Part shown: piece after piece, positions 36,683 to 48,541 of the stretch | Numbering within the stretch: position 1 is the first letter of the stretch | How the letters are laid out: each line of letters opens with the position of its first letter | Source: Eledone cirrhosa | Taxonomy: Eukaryota | NCBI GenBank assembly: GCA_964016885.1 | Contig: OZ024741.1 | Location: 79,918,001 to 79,982,000 of the forward strand | Direction: 5' to 3' | Length of the DNA stretch: 64,000 bases | Program-made: the position numbers and the translations under genes | The notes under the pieces: model-generated | Seen by the model: only the letters and a program-made list of their open reading frames with translations | The model's database searches: none | Told to the model about the DNA's origin: nothing

Positions 36683-39218
36683 AATTTTCAGGGGGGGGGG
36701 GTCTAATTTCTTTGTAGCTTTCTTCACAAACCCTTTTAAAATGCTATTAATGTCTCTTGGTTTTATGATGTTGCCTTTTAAATGTCATGCTGCCCTTTGC
36801 TTTTTTGTCCCCTTTCTCCCCCCCCCCCCACACACACACCTATCTCTCTCTCTTTGCTGACCTCTTCCTAACCTCATAGATCCAATAGTTTACAAATGTC
36901 GGACAGAAATATAGTAAGTTTTCTTTAATTATATAGTATCTGGTAAGTTTCATCCTAGTCAAAGGAAATCAATATTCATCTGAAGACGTTTTACAAGAAG
37001 AAATAAAAACTAAGCTTCATTCCACATGTACAAACAGCAACACGCGCGCACACACACACATACACATGCTCGTCCACACACATGTTTCTCGGCCAAAGAG
37101 AGACAACCCAGTAAATACATATTAGATATGTATCGAGAAAAATATCTCACTTCAAATGTCTCTTTTATATTCGCCTCCCACTCTCTCACACCCTTGGGGA
37201 CTTTAATGTGTTCATGTATTCATAGAATAAATGCTTGTGCATTTTGTATGTAGTTTATTTGGCAGGCAACAGATGGTTCGGAGTAATTTACACGGACATC
37301 TCGAAAATACTCCCTACTCTTATGGTTAATCTCCGGGCAGACGTGTGTACATTTAGCCGCATAGTCAATATTTGTTGCAAGCGAGGAAGTATTTGGTTGC
37401 GCAGTACTTAATGCTCGCTGATTCTGCTCAGATGATCATATATCTCGACACCTCCCCATGTTCGGTTTCGTTTTACACCATTGTTCTCAAATATCTCCGT
37501 TCCAACGGGAACAACAACTGATCTTTCACCTCAGATCAAACTTGAAACCGTGGGTTAAATAATAAGTTCATTGCATTTATCCACAAAAATTCATAAACAC
37601 TTTGTTGTTCAACTAACTGCTATACACATACCGCGCTACCACAATTTCCCAATCATAGAACTACAACATACAGACACACAGAATATACTCAAATAAACCA
37701 CTTTGCGTCCATACATTGTTCGATTAGTTGTAAAACGGTAAAAAGTACTGATTACATATTGTAGCGTGTACTTTTTAATAGAGTTGGTACTCATATATCG
37801 ATATCTATGTCTATAGCTATCTATCTAATTACACAGAATCTCCCGTATCACTTTCGCCTTCAGAAATACAGTGAACCCATTGGAAAAATATAACTAACGA
37901 CGCCATTTTTCACAAATTGTGATATAAAAAAACAAAAATAAAATAATAAAGGGGCAGGCATAATCGTATGATTAAGAAGTCTCACTTCACAATTATATGG
38001 TTTCAGGTTCGGTGTTACTGCACGGCTCCTTGGACAAGTATTGTCTACGGTTGTCTCTGTCAGCAACAACAACAATAACAACTAGTGGTATATCAAATAT
38101 CAAAGACAGTAGAGTAGTTGAAACAGTAACACGACGAGTTAAATACTTGTGTATTTAGTTCATCCATTTACGTTGCATCGTCAAAGGCTGTCAAGACTGG
38201 AAGTTATTACCTTTCATCTGTCGAGAATCAAAAAATAAATACCAGTCAGGTACTAGTGTAAATTACATCCACTTAAAACATTTTTCTAAAATTTCTGGTG
38301 TTACAACAAAGCAGGAAATTATTATATCTGATATGTTTAACACTACTTCAATATAACATGTCTTTGTTGTAATTAATGAATCACTTTTTAGTATGATTAA
38401 AATGTCACACGCTTTTTAGTTTAATTAAAACGTTGCCTTTCTGCCTAATTACAATAGTTTTTGCTTGGTGCAATTAAGATAGTACATGCATAACGTAATT
38501 AAAATAGAACTCGTATAGTGTGATTAAAATAGGGACTATTGAAGTTTGTGTTAATTAAGATGGCGCTTGTGTAGTGCAATTGAAGATGGTATATATACGA
38601 ATCTTTCGCATCCGATGGCTAACGAGTTATATCTAATAAATCCTTATACGAATAATGGATATCTAAGTTTATTAAGAGGAAAATAATGTTAGATATAAAA
38701 AAAATTTATAAAACAGAATCTACAACAATTCGGCTTATATTGACTAAAATAGTCATTTCTCAGCAGGTACTTTCAAATCTTACCCTTAGTTTTAGTACTT
38801 GTCTAGTAAGAATTTAATAGACCCCGGAAGAATGAATAACAAGGTTGACTTCTGCGTAATTTTAAATCAGAATGTAAAGAACTGCAAGAAATAGCACAGG
38901 GCATTATTTTACATTCTAACGATTCCGCCAATCCAGCAACAACAACGACAAAAAACAGCAATAATAATAATAATGTTTTCTTTATTAACCACAAGGGTTT
39001 ACATAAAGTAGACATTAAGGACAGTACAGGACAATACAGGACGGTACAAATGGGCATTTCTGCGTGTAAAAAAAACGGAGGTTGAAATAAAATAACAAAG
39101 AAAAATTCCCCAATAGGGGGGAGACTTCCGAGGGACATTTGTGGAGAAAGCCCATTAAAAGACCACAGTGGCCCTGACCACCAGGGCAAGTGCTCTCTCC
39201 CAGTTTTCCACCTTTAAT

Positions 39219-42200
39219 TTACAGACACATACTCAGAGAAGGCCCATTCATTCGGACCATACTTGCTTCTCTCACCCATCTTTCAACAAAATGCTGGGAA
39301 GAGAGCACTTCCCTCTCTACCCTGATTTTCCTTTTCAAATGAAATTTGAAAAAGTTAATCAGGGCATCACCGAAGAGGTAAGTGCTCGTCTTCAGCCCTT
39401 TCAAACGTGTCCACCATACTATCTCTTTCGCCATGGCCACCAGACAGATAAAAACTGCCTGCACTTCCCGGCTAAAGGAAGGGGGCGGGGCAATCCTCAC
39501 GATGGACTCAGCTGATAGCTGGATCCGTCCTACACGTGACAGCAGGTGTTCGACATAAACCCACAAGTCAGCAATGCTCGGACACTGAACGAGTGCGTGC
39601 AGGACGGTTTCGTCGCCCTGCGCGCATCTCGGACATGCCCGGCTGACGGCACCTCCAGGCCTGTAGAGTTTATCCCGAACTGGCAAAGCTCCTCGGTAGC
39701 ACTGCCAGGCCAGGGATTTCTGGAAGTTGTCCATAGGCCCCGGCCCGAAAGTCCTTCCGAAGAGATTGGCTAGTTGATTTTCGTCGACGCCTAGAGTTTC
39801 TCCAAGTACGTCGTCGCACTTCCCCTCCACTAATCCCCTATAGAACGCCAAGGTGGAGTTTCCACCGATCACATTGCCCGATTGGTCGAGGGCTGTGAGC
39901 GCCTGAAGACATTCCAGTCTCCAAGCGCTCCCTCTCGGTCTTCGCTTGACCCAGGACTGCAGCTCCGTCAAGGAGACGAGCTGGGGAAAAACGTGTCTAG
40001 CAAACGGCGACCACACCTGATCACCGTCGAGGAAGAGGTGGAGATGTCGTAGCCTGAGCGCGTGTCTGCGCATCATCAGCCACGGCATGCCCAGCCCTCC
40101 ACGTAGCGGGTGTTGACAGCAGATGGACCGCCTGACCATCGGAGCGCGTCCCTTCCACAAGAAGCGAAAGAGCAAACGCTCCAGCGCAGTCAGGCGGGGC
40201 TTAGGACAAGGTACGACGGTCAGGCGGTAGTAGATGACGGATGCGATGTACGCATTCGCCACCTCCGCTCGACCTTTCAGGGATAGCTTCCACTCGGCCC
40301 ATTTCTGGGTGAGAGAAGCCACCCTGCTCGTCACCTCGTCCCAGTTTTTGTCCGTCTGGAGGTCTGGACCGAACCAGACCCCTAGCAATTTAACCGGTCC
40401 GTCCGTCCAGCGCCCGACGACGCTGTTGGACGGCATGGACCTGCCTCTCCAGGTGCCGAGCTGCAGGCCCACTGACTTTTCCTGGTTGATCATTGCTCCT
40501 GTCACCGCTTCGTATTCTCTTAGTGTAGTGCCGATCGCCTCGATGTGTTTGGCGTTCGACACCATTACGGTGACATCGTCGGCATATGCTGACACGGATC
40601 TTCCGCATCCTATTTCGCGCGGGACCCCCCTCAACGTCTCCAGTTTGTGCAGTAATGGCTCGAGAGTCAATACGTACAATAGGGACGAGAGGGGACATCC
40701 TTGGCGGACCGAGCGCATGATGTTGAACGGTTCCGAAAGGTGACCGTTCACTCTCACCACAGAGCAGATGTCGCTGTGCATGGAAGCGATCCAGCCTCTG
40801 AAGACGGGCCCAAAGCCAGCCGCCCTCAGGACTGCCGCTAGGTAACGATGGTCGACCCTATCGAAGGGTTTCGACTGATCTAAATTGATCAAAGACCCAC
40901 CCGTGCCAGGTTCCCTAGCTACCCTCTCTACGATGTATCGCATGAGGTGGAGGTTGTCGTGGATGGATCTGTCGGGAATGGCGCATGACTGTGCCTCTCC
41001 CACCAGACCACCAACGACAAGCTCCAACCTCTTTGCTAGCACCTTGGCCAAAATCTTGAACTCTGTGTTTAGCAGAGTTATGGGCCTAAAATTATCTATG
41101 TTATCCCCCTTGTTCGGATCCTTTCTCAGCAGCGCCACCGCTCCTCGGCTGACAGAGCTGGGAATTCTCCCGTTCTGTTGCCAGTTGCAGTAGACGTCCG
41201 CCAAGAGGCCTCCGAACAAGTTTGGCATTTGTACGTAAAGTTCATAGGGCAGACCATCCAAACCAGGCGATTTACCCCTTGTGCAACTAGTCATTGCATC
41301 CCGTACTTCAGCGGTTGTTATCGGCTTTTCGCAACACTCCGCCTCAGTGGCCGAAAGCCGCGGCAGTCCGTCGAGGTAGACACTAAAGTCCATCCCTCGA
41401 TCCGGCCCGCCACTGCCCCCGAACAGTTGAGCGAAGTGTCGCTGAAAAGCTTCACACATTTGCCCGGGATCGAGTAGCATGCGCCCGTCGTGGTCCACCA
41501 AAGACCGGATCGTGGCTTTGTTGCCACGACGCGCCTCCGCCACTCGGGCCCATTGAACGGCTTTCGTCCCCTCGTGTCTGAGAGCACGCACCCTAGCTCT
41601 GACAACGCAGCCTTCGTGCTTTGCATTGAAGAATTTGTCAAGGGCCAATTTCGCCGCAAGTACGTCGGTCGCGATGCCTTTGCTAAGCGCCTCATCTAAT
41701 TTTCTAACTAATTCTCCCTCTGCTCTATTTTTCTCTATTGCTAAAGTCTTACTAAACCTAATGGACTCTATTCTAATTGCTCTTTTCAGAGCAAACCACC
41801 ACTTGTTGTTGATGATGGCCCCCGTCAACACCCGCTTAACTAGTTCGCTAATCCGGTCTCTGTAGGCCTTGCGCGCTGGTAAGGACGCGTTTAGCTTCCA
41901 GTAGCCGGGTCCTTGTCTATGAAGCCTATCTAAGTCAAGCACACAGATCACGAATTTGTGGTCCGTGTAGCTGACTATCTTGAATTGTGGACAGCCTATG
42001 CTAGACCTATCTATTTCCCTACAAAATACTCTATCTAGATATGATCTGGATGACCCTATGCGATTTGTCCAAGTCCACATTGGTACATTCGGGAAATCCA
42101 TTCGGTACCTGTCAGACAGTTCAAAACGTCTGAGCAGGTTGGTGAGACTCTTGCACCCTCCTTCCCTATCCACTAATTCCACACAATCCCAGCGTGCATC

Positions 42201-42638
42201 TAAGATCCCGTTCCAGTCGCCCACTAACACTAAAGAGCGGGACGTTCCAAGAAAGGTCTCCAGACGCCGGAAGAAATCAGGCCGCCCTGCTCCTGTCGGG
42301 ACATAGACGGCCACTAGCCTGAAAGCTTGCCCGTCTCCGCTGTTCACGTCCAGCACCACCAACTTACCTTCTGGGTCCAGGAAGATGGCCCGTATTGCAA
42401 GATCCAAACCTCTCCGAAAAAGCACAGCAACTCCTCCCCCCGATCCTGGACGGCTGGGAGATGCGTACACATCGTAGCCGTCGAAGATCGGTACGAAAGC
42501 CTGTGCTTCGGAGATTCTGGTCTCGCTGATGGCCACTACATCTATGTTTAGTGACCTGAGGTCGTTGAGCAGGTGGCCCTGCTTCCATGACGACCCCAAG
42601 CCACGCGCATTTATGCTACCTATTCTGAGTGAGGTCAT
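39219..42638 (-). CDS. ORF2p: APE endonuclease, reverse transcriptase and C-terminal cysteine motif; intact 1139 aa
   Basis: SINARGL, SET, GDWN, YLDR, TDHK; KSPGLDG, NFRPITLLN, SVRQGCPLS, YADD; CPRC..ETVLHALVQC. Confidence 0.96.
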   Translation of the reverse strand: MTSLRIGSINARGLGSSWKQGHLLNDLRSLNIDVVAISETRISEAQAFVPIFDGYDVYASPSRPGSGGGVAVLFRRGLDLAIRAIFLDPEGKLVVLDVNSGDGQAFRLVAVYVPTGAGRPDFFRRLETFLGTSRSLVLVGDWNGILDARWDCVELVDREGGCKSLTNLLRRFELSDRYRMDFPNVPMWTWTNRIGSSRSYLDRVFCREIDRSSIGCPQFKIVSYTDHKFVICVLDLDRLHRQGPGYWKLNASLPARKAYRDRISELVKRVLTGAIINNKWWFALKRAIRIESIRFSKTLAIEKNRAEGELVRKLDEALSKGIATDVLAAKLALDKFFNAKHEGCVVRARVRALRHEGTKAVQWARVAEARRGNKATIRSLVDHDGRMLLDPGQMCEAFQRHFAQLFGGSGGPDRGMDFSVYLDGLPRLSATEAECCEKPITTAEVRDAMTSCTRGKSPGLDGLPYELYVQMPNLFGGLLADVYCNWQQNGRIPSSVSRGAVALLRKDPNKGDNIDNFRPITLLNTEFKILAKVLAKRLELVVGGLVGEAQSCAIPDRSIHDNLHLMRYIVERVAREPGTGGSLINLDQSKPFDRVDHRYLAAVLRAAGFGPVFRGWIASMHSDICSVVRVNGHLSEPFNIMRSVRQGCPLSSLLYVLTLEPLLHKLETLRGVPREIGCGRSVSAYADDVTVMVSNAKHIEAIGTTLREYEAVTGAMINQEKSVGLQLGTWRGRSMPSNSVVGRWTDGPVKLLGVWFGPDLQTDKNWDEVTSRVASLTQKWAEWKLSLKGRAEVANAYIASVIYYRLTVVPCPKPRLTALERLLFRFLWKGRAPMVRRSICCQHPLRGGLGMPWLMMRRHALRLRHLHLFLDGDQVWSPFARHVFPQLVSLTELQSWVKRRPRGSAWRLECLQALTALDQSGNVIGGNSTLAFYRGLVEGKCDDVLGETLGVDENQLANLFGRTFGPGPMDNFQKSLAWQCYRGALPVRDKLYRPGGAVSRACPRCAQGDETVLHALVQCPSIADLWVYVEHLLSRVGRIQLSAESIVRIAPPPSFSREVQAVFICLVAMAKEIVWWTRLKGLKTSTYLFGDALINFFKFHLKRKIRVEREVLSSQHFVERWVREASMVRMNGPSLSMCL

Positions 42639-42672
42639 GTTGAAAAGGAGTGGAAAAGATGGGAAAGACCAC

Positions 42673-44658
42673 TTACCTTACTTCTCGTAGGGGAAGGACG
42701 GTTTTTCCATCCTTTTCACTGCTTGTGGCCTCCTCAGGAAGGATGTCCTTATAAATCCTCCTGGAGAGTGCTTGTCGGAAGTCTCCGATGTCTTTGGGGA
42801 ATTTTTGTTTTAGTGTCATGTACGTTTTCTGTGTGATGCGAGTGATTTGTATGTGTGGAGGTCGTGTGAATTTTGGGGTTGTTGTGTAGTCTTTTTCTGT
42901 GATGCTGGTGTTGTGTTGGATGTAGTGTAATAATTGCTTGTTGTTCAAATTTTATGCTGTGTAGTGTGTATCGTTTTGGTTGTTTTGTTTTGTTTGCGTT
43001 TGTTGTGGGTTTGTTTCTGTTTCGCATTTTGGTGACTTTTGTGGTGTAGGTGATGGTGGTGTTGGGGTTAATGATGGTGATGGCGTTGGTGTTTGGGTTG
43101 ATGGGGTTGGTGATGCTGGTGTGGATGGTGGCATATCTGTCCTAACTTTTTTGTTTCTTAATTTATTTGTTTCCCTCTGTATTTTGTTTTTGGAGGGGGA
43201 AGGAAGAGAATTTTTTTCTTTTTTGGTTTCTTTTTTTTTTTCCGGATATCGTTTCCCACTCCTCGTCGTCACAATCTGTCTCCAGTTGTGATAGGCCGGG
43301 GAGTGGAAAATCATCCACAGCCGTTAGTTTTGGTTGTGGCGTGGTGGATGGTGTAGGCGCTGGTGCTAGTTCTGAAGCGTTGGGTGGTGGTGGTGTTGGT
43401 TTTGCTGGTGGTGGTGGTGGTGTTGGTTTTGCTACTGTTGCTGGGGTTGTTGCTGTTATAGTTGCTTCTGTTGTTGCTGCTACAGTTGTTGCTGCCATCT
43501 CTGCTGCTGGTGGTGTTGATGGTTGTGTCACTGGGGTGGGTAGGAGAGGTGGCCTCAACCTTTTAGCCTGAGGGCAGAAAGCCCTTAGGTGGGTTCCTTC
43601 ACCACAAACGACACACCTAGGTCTTCTGCCCTCGATAATTACCGTGAGGTGGCTGGCGTCAGTGAGGTCTATTACCTCTGGGATCTCCTCAATGCTTTTT
43701 TGGTCCGCTTGGATCAGGAGCTCCATCCCAGATCCGGACCAGTTTTCCTGCTTTTCTTTTGCTATTGCTATTATTTTCGTGTTGGCTTCGATGCCGGCGA
43801 GGACGGCCGCTATTAGCCAGGGAATTTCGATGGCGGTGGAACGTGGGTCACCCTGATCTTTACGAGTCTCTGGCCACAATAGCTTGGGACGAGTGTGAAG
43901 TCGTCACTTTTTAATGGGGCCATGGAGTGTTCTCTAGCCTCCTCTGGTGTTTCAAAGAACACATCCACGGTTCCATACTTTTGCCCACGTCTGATGTGGG
44001 TTTTTCTTGCCCACACATGTCCCAAAGCTTTTTTGATTTGGGACTCGGATGCCCGTTCCACTCGGCGCGATTTTACATTTATTGTTCTATACGACACGGT
44101 GCATAGGCGCCGATGCTCCATTTTATTAGGTGGGGGGTGAGGCTGACCCTGTACCCATCTTTCTTTACCATTTGTTTGGAATTTTCTAATTCTTCCTGAG
44201 TTACCGTGAATGCTTCGAATTGTTTTGCTACTCTGGCGAAACTGAGGGGGGTTTTTATAATGTCATTGTTGTTGTTGTTGCTATCGTTATTTGTGTTAAT
44301 ATTAATTTTAGTTTCAGTTGTGGTTGTGGTGACGTCAGTCGTCTTTGGTGCGGAAGAGTCCATTTTGCTTGATTTCATTTCGACATCACGAGTTAATTTA
44401 TTTTTTTCTTCTTTTGTTTCTGTTGTCGCGGTGGTGGGGGGGGGGGGTTGTCGCGGTGGTGGTGGAGGCTTTAACACCTGCAGTCATTGGTAATGGCGGG
44501 AAATGAATGTCTGCCTGAGACAAATTTAAAATATTGCTACTGCTTATATTTTTTTTTGTGTTGGCAAACGTAGTAACATTTACAATGGTGGTGTCGGTGT
44601 GAGGTGTTAATTTGTGAGGAAGGCTTTCAGCTGCTTGTTGCAGAGGTGAATTAGCCAT
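42673..44658 (-). pseudogene. ORF1p of LINE A, frameshifted
   Basis: RRM-like YGTVDVFFETPEEA, CCHC knuckle CVVCGEGTHLRAFC, Pro/Thr-rich linker; split over several ORFs. Confidence 0.85.
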
Positions 44659-44867
44659 TTTTTTTTTCAAAGAAATTTTTGATAATAATAAAAGTTAAAA
44701 TTTTGGGCACAAGGCCTCAATCTTTTTGGGTGTCCTTTTCGGAAAACAATGTATGTGTGCTTATAAACAGTTAACAATAAAATTTTCCATAAATGGCAAT
44801 TTTTAACAAACGGAAATAACAAACCTTTGCGAAGCTCACGATGATACGATTTACTACGTAGGTCGCC

Positions 44868-44898
<31 letters not shown>

Positions 44899-45153
44899 CT
44901 TTCTTTATTAACCACAAAGGTTTACACAAAGTAGATATTAAGGACAGTACAGGACAATACAGAACGGTACAAAAGGGCATTTCTGCGTGTAAAAAAACAA
45001 AAAAACAGAGGACGTAATAATAGAACAAGGAAAAAATTCCCCAATAGGGGGGGGGGAGACTTCCGAGGGACATTCGTGGAGAAAGCCCATTAAAAATCCA
45101 CAGTGAGCCCAACCACCAGGGCAAGTGCCCTCTTCCAGTTTTCCACCTTTAAT

Positions 45154-48100
45154 TTACAGACACATACTCAGAGTAGGCCCATTCACTCGAGCCATTCTTG
45201 CCTCTCTCACCCATCTTTCAACAAAATGCTGGGAAGAGAGCACTTCCCTCTCTACCCTGATTTTCCTTTTCAAATGAAATTTGAAAAAGTTAATCAGGGC
45301 ATCACCGAAGAGGTAAGTGCTCGTCTTCAGCCCTTTCAAACGTGTCCACCATACTATCTCTTTCGCCATGGCAACCATACAGATAAAACCTGCCTGCCCT
45401 TCCCGGCTAAAGGAAAAGGGCGGCGCAATCCTCCCGATCGACTCAGCTGATAGCTGGATCCGTCCTACACGCGACAGCAGGTGTTCGACATAAACCCACA
45501 AGTCAGCTATGCTCGGACACTGGACGAGTGCGTGCAGGACGGTTTCGTCGCCCTGTGCGCATCTCGGACATGCCCGGCTGACGGCACCTCCATGCCTGTA
45601 AAGTTTATCCCGAACTGGCAAAGCTCCTCGGTAACACTGCCAGGCCAATGATTTCTGGAAGTTGTCCATAGGCCCCGACCGGAAAGTTCTTCCGAAGAGA
45701 TTGGCTAGTTGATTTTCGTCGACGCCTAGAGTTTCCCCAAATACGTCGTCGCTCTTCCCCTCCGCTAATCCTCTATAGAACGCCGAGGTGGAGTTTCCAC
45801 CGATCACATTGCCCGATTGGTCGAGGGCTGTGAGCGCCTGAAGACATTCCAGTCTCCAAGCGCTCCCTCTCGGTCTTCGCTTCACCCAGGATTGCAGCTC
45901 CGTCAATGAAACGAGCTGGGGAAAGACAGACGCGTCTAGCAAACGGCGACCACACCTGATCACCGTCGACGAAGAGGTGGAGATTTCGTAGCCTGAGCGC
46001 GTGTCTGCGCATCATCAGCCACGGCATTCCCAGCTCTCCACGTAGCGGATGTTGACAACAGATGGACCGCCTGGACCATCGGAGCGCGTCCTTCCACAAA
46101 AAGCGAAAGAGCAAACGCTCCACCGCTGTAAGGCGGGGCTTAGGACAAGGTACGACGGTCAGGTGGTAGCAGATGACGGACGCGATGTACGCGTTACCCA
46201 CTTCCGCTCGACCTTTCATGGATAGCTTCCTCTCCGCCCATTTCTGGGTGAGAGAAGCCACCCTGCTCGTCACCTCGTCCCAGTTTTCGTCCGTCTGGAG
46301 GTCCTGACCGAATCAGACCCCTAGCAATTTAACCGGTCCGTCCGTCCAGCGCCCGACGACGCTGTTGGACGGCATGGACCTGCCTCTCCAGGTGCCGAGC
46401 TGCAGGCCCACTGACTTTTCCTGGTTGATCATTGCTCCTGTCACCGCTTCGTATTCTCTTAGTGTAGTGCCGATCGCCTCGATGTGTTTGGCGTTCGACA
46501 CCACTACGGTGACATCGTCCGCACATGCTGACACGGATCTTCCGCATCCTATTTCGCGCGGGACGCCCCTCAGCGTCTCCAGTTTGTGCAGTAATGGCTC
46601 GAGATTCAATACGTACAGGAGAGACGAGACGGGACATCCTTGGCGGACCGATCCTATGATGTTGAACGGTTCTGAAAGGTGACCGTTCACTCTCACCACA
46701 GAGCAGATGTCGCTGTGCATGGCAGCGATCCAGCCTCTGAAGACGGGCCCAAAGCCAGCCCGCCCTTAGGACTGCCGCAAGGTAACGATGGTCGACCCTA
46801 TTGAAAGCTTTCGACTGATCTAAATTGATCAAGGACCCACCCGTGCCAGGTTCCCTAGCTACCCTCTCTACGATGTATCGCATGAGGTGAAGGTTGTCGT
46901 GGATGAATCTGTCGGGAATGGCGTATGTCTGCGCCTCTCCCACCAGACCACCAACGACAAGCGCCAACCTCTTTGCTAGCACCTTGGCCAAAATCTTGAA
47001 CTCTGTGTTTAGCAGAGTTATGGGCCTGAAATTATCTATTTTATCCCCCTTTTTCGGATCCTTTCTCAGCAGCCCCACCGCTCCTCGGCTCACAGAGCTG
47101 GGAATTCTCCCGTTCTGTTGCCAGTTGCAGTAGACATCGGCCAAGAGGCCTCCGAACAAGTCTGGAATCTGTACGTAAAGTTCATAGGGCAGACCACCAA
47201 ACCAGGCGATTTACCCCTTGTGCAGCCAGTCATTGCCTCCCTTTCTTCAGCGGCTGTTATTGGCTTTTCGAGGTAGACATTAAAGTCAATCCCTCGATCC
47301 GGCCCACCGCTGCCCCCGAACAGTTGAGCGAAGTGTCGCTGAAAAGTTTCACACATTTGCCTGGGATCGAGTAGCATGAGCCCGTCGTGGTCCACAAAAG
47401 ACCGGATCGTGGCTTGTTGCCACGACGCGCCTCCGCCACTCGGGCTCATTGAACGACTTTCGTCCCCTCGTGTCTGAGAGCACGCATCCTAGCTCTGACA
47501 ACGCAGCCTTCGTGCTTTGCATTGAAGAATTGGTCAAAGGACAATTTCGCCGCAAGTACGTCGGTCGCGATGCCTTTGCTAAGCGCCTCTTCTAATATTC
47601 TAACTAGTTATATTCTCCCTCTGCTCTATTTTTCTCTATAGCTAAAGCCTTACTAAACCTAATGGACTCTATTCTAATCGCTCTTTTCAGAGCAAACCAC
47701 CACTTGTTGTTGACGATGGCCCCCGTCAACGCTCGCTTAACTAGTTCGCTAATCTGGTCTCTGTAGGCCTTGCGCGCTGGTAAGGACGCGTTTAGCTTCC
47801 AGTAGCCGGGTCCTCGTCTATGAAGCCTATCTAAGTCAAGCACACAGATCACGAATTTGTGGTCCGTGTAGCTGGCTATCTTGAATTGTGGACAGCTTAT
47901 GCTAGACTTATCTATTTCCCTACAAAATACTCTATCTAGATGTGATCTGGATGACCCGATGCGATTTGTCCAAGTCAACATTGGCACATTCAGGAAATCC
48001 AATCGGTACCTGTCAGACAGTTCAAAATGCCTGAGCAGGTTGTTGAGGTTCTCGCACCCTCCTCCCCTATCCGCTAATCCCACACAGTCCCAGCGTGCAT

Positions 48101-48507
48101 CTAAGATCCCGTTCCAGTCTCCCACTAACACTAAAGAGCGAGACGTTCCTAGAAAGGTCTCCAGACGCCGGAAGAAATCAGGCCGCCCTGAAAACGTGCC
48201 CTTCTCCGCTGGTCACGTCCAGCACCACCAACTCACCTTCTGGGTCCAGGAAGATGGCCCGTATGGCGAGATCCAAACCTCCCAGAAAAAGCACAGCAAC
48301 TCCTCCCCGCGATCCAGGACGGCTGGGAGATGCGTACACATCGTAGCCGCCGAAGATCGGTGCGAAGGCCCGTGCTTCGGAAATTCTGGTCTCGCTGATG
48401 GCCACTACATCTATGTTTAGTGACCTGAGGTCGTTGAGCAGGTGGCGCTGCTTCCATGACGAGCCCAAGCCACGCGCATTTATGCTGCCTATTCTGAGTG
48501 AGGTCAT
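45154..48507 (-). pseudogene. ORF2 of LINE B with multiple frameshifts and YADD changed to CADD
   Basis: Colinear and near-identical to 39219-42638. Confidence 0.93.
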
Positions 48508-48541
48508 GTTGAAATGGAGTGGAAGAGATGGGCAAGACCAC

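Larger units (their letters stand above)
38975..44867 (-). mobile_element. Tx1/L1-clade LINE A, full length
   Basis: 5' UTR, ORF1, ORF2, 3' UTR with AATAAA (38981-38986) and an (ATT)n/(GTT)n tail. Confidence 0.93.

Noticed and set aside
40234-42588. Antisense and overlapping ORFs within Tx1 ORF2
   Set aside because: Expected shadow ORFs of a GC-rich coding strand; no recognisable domains
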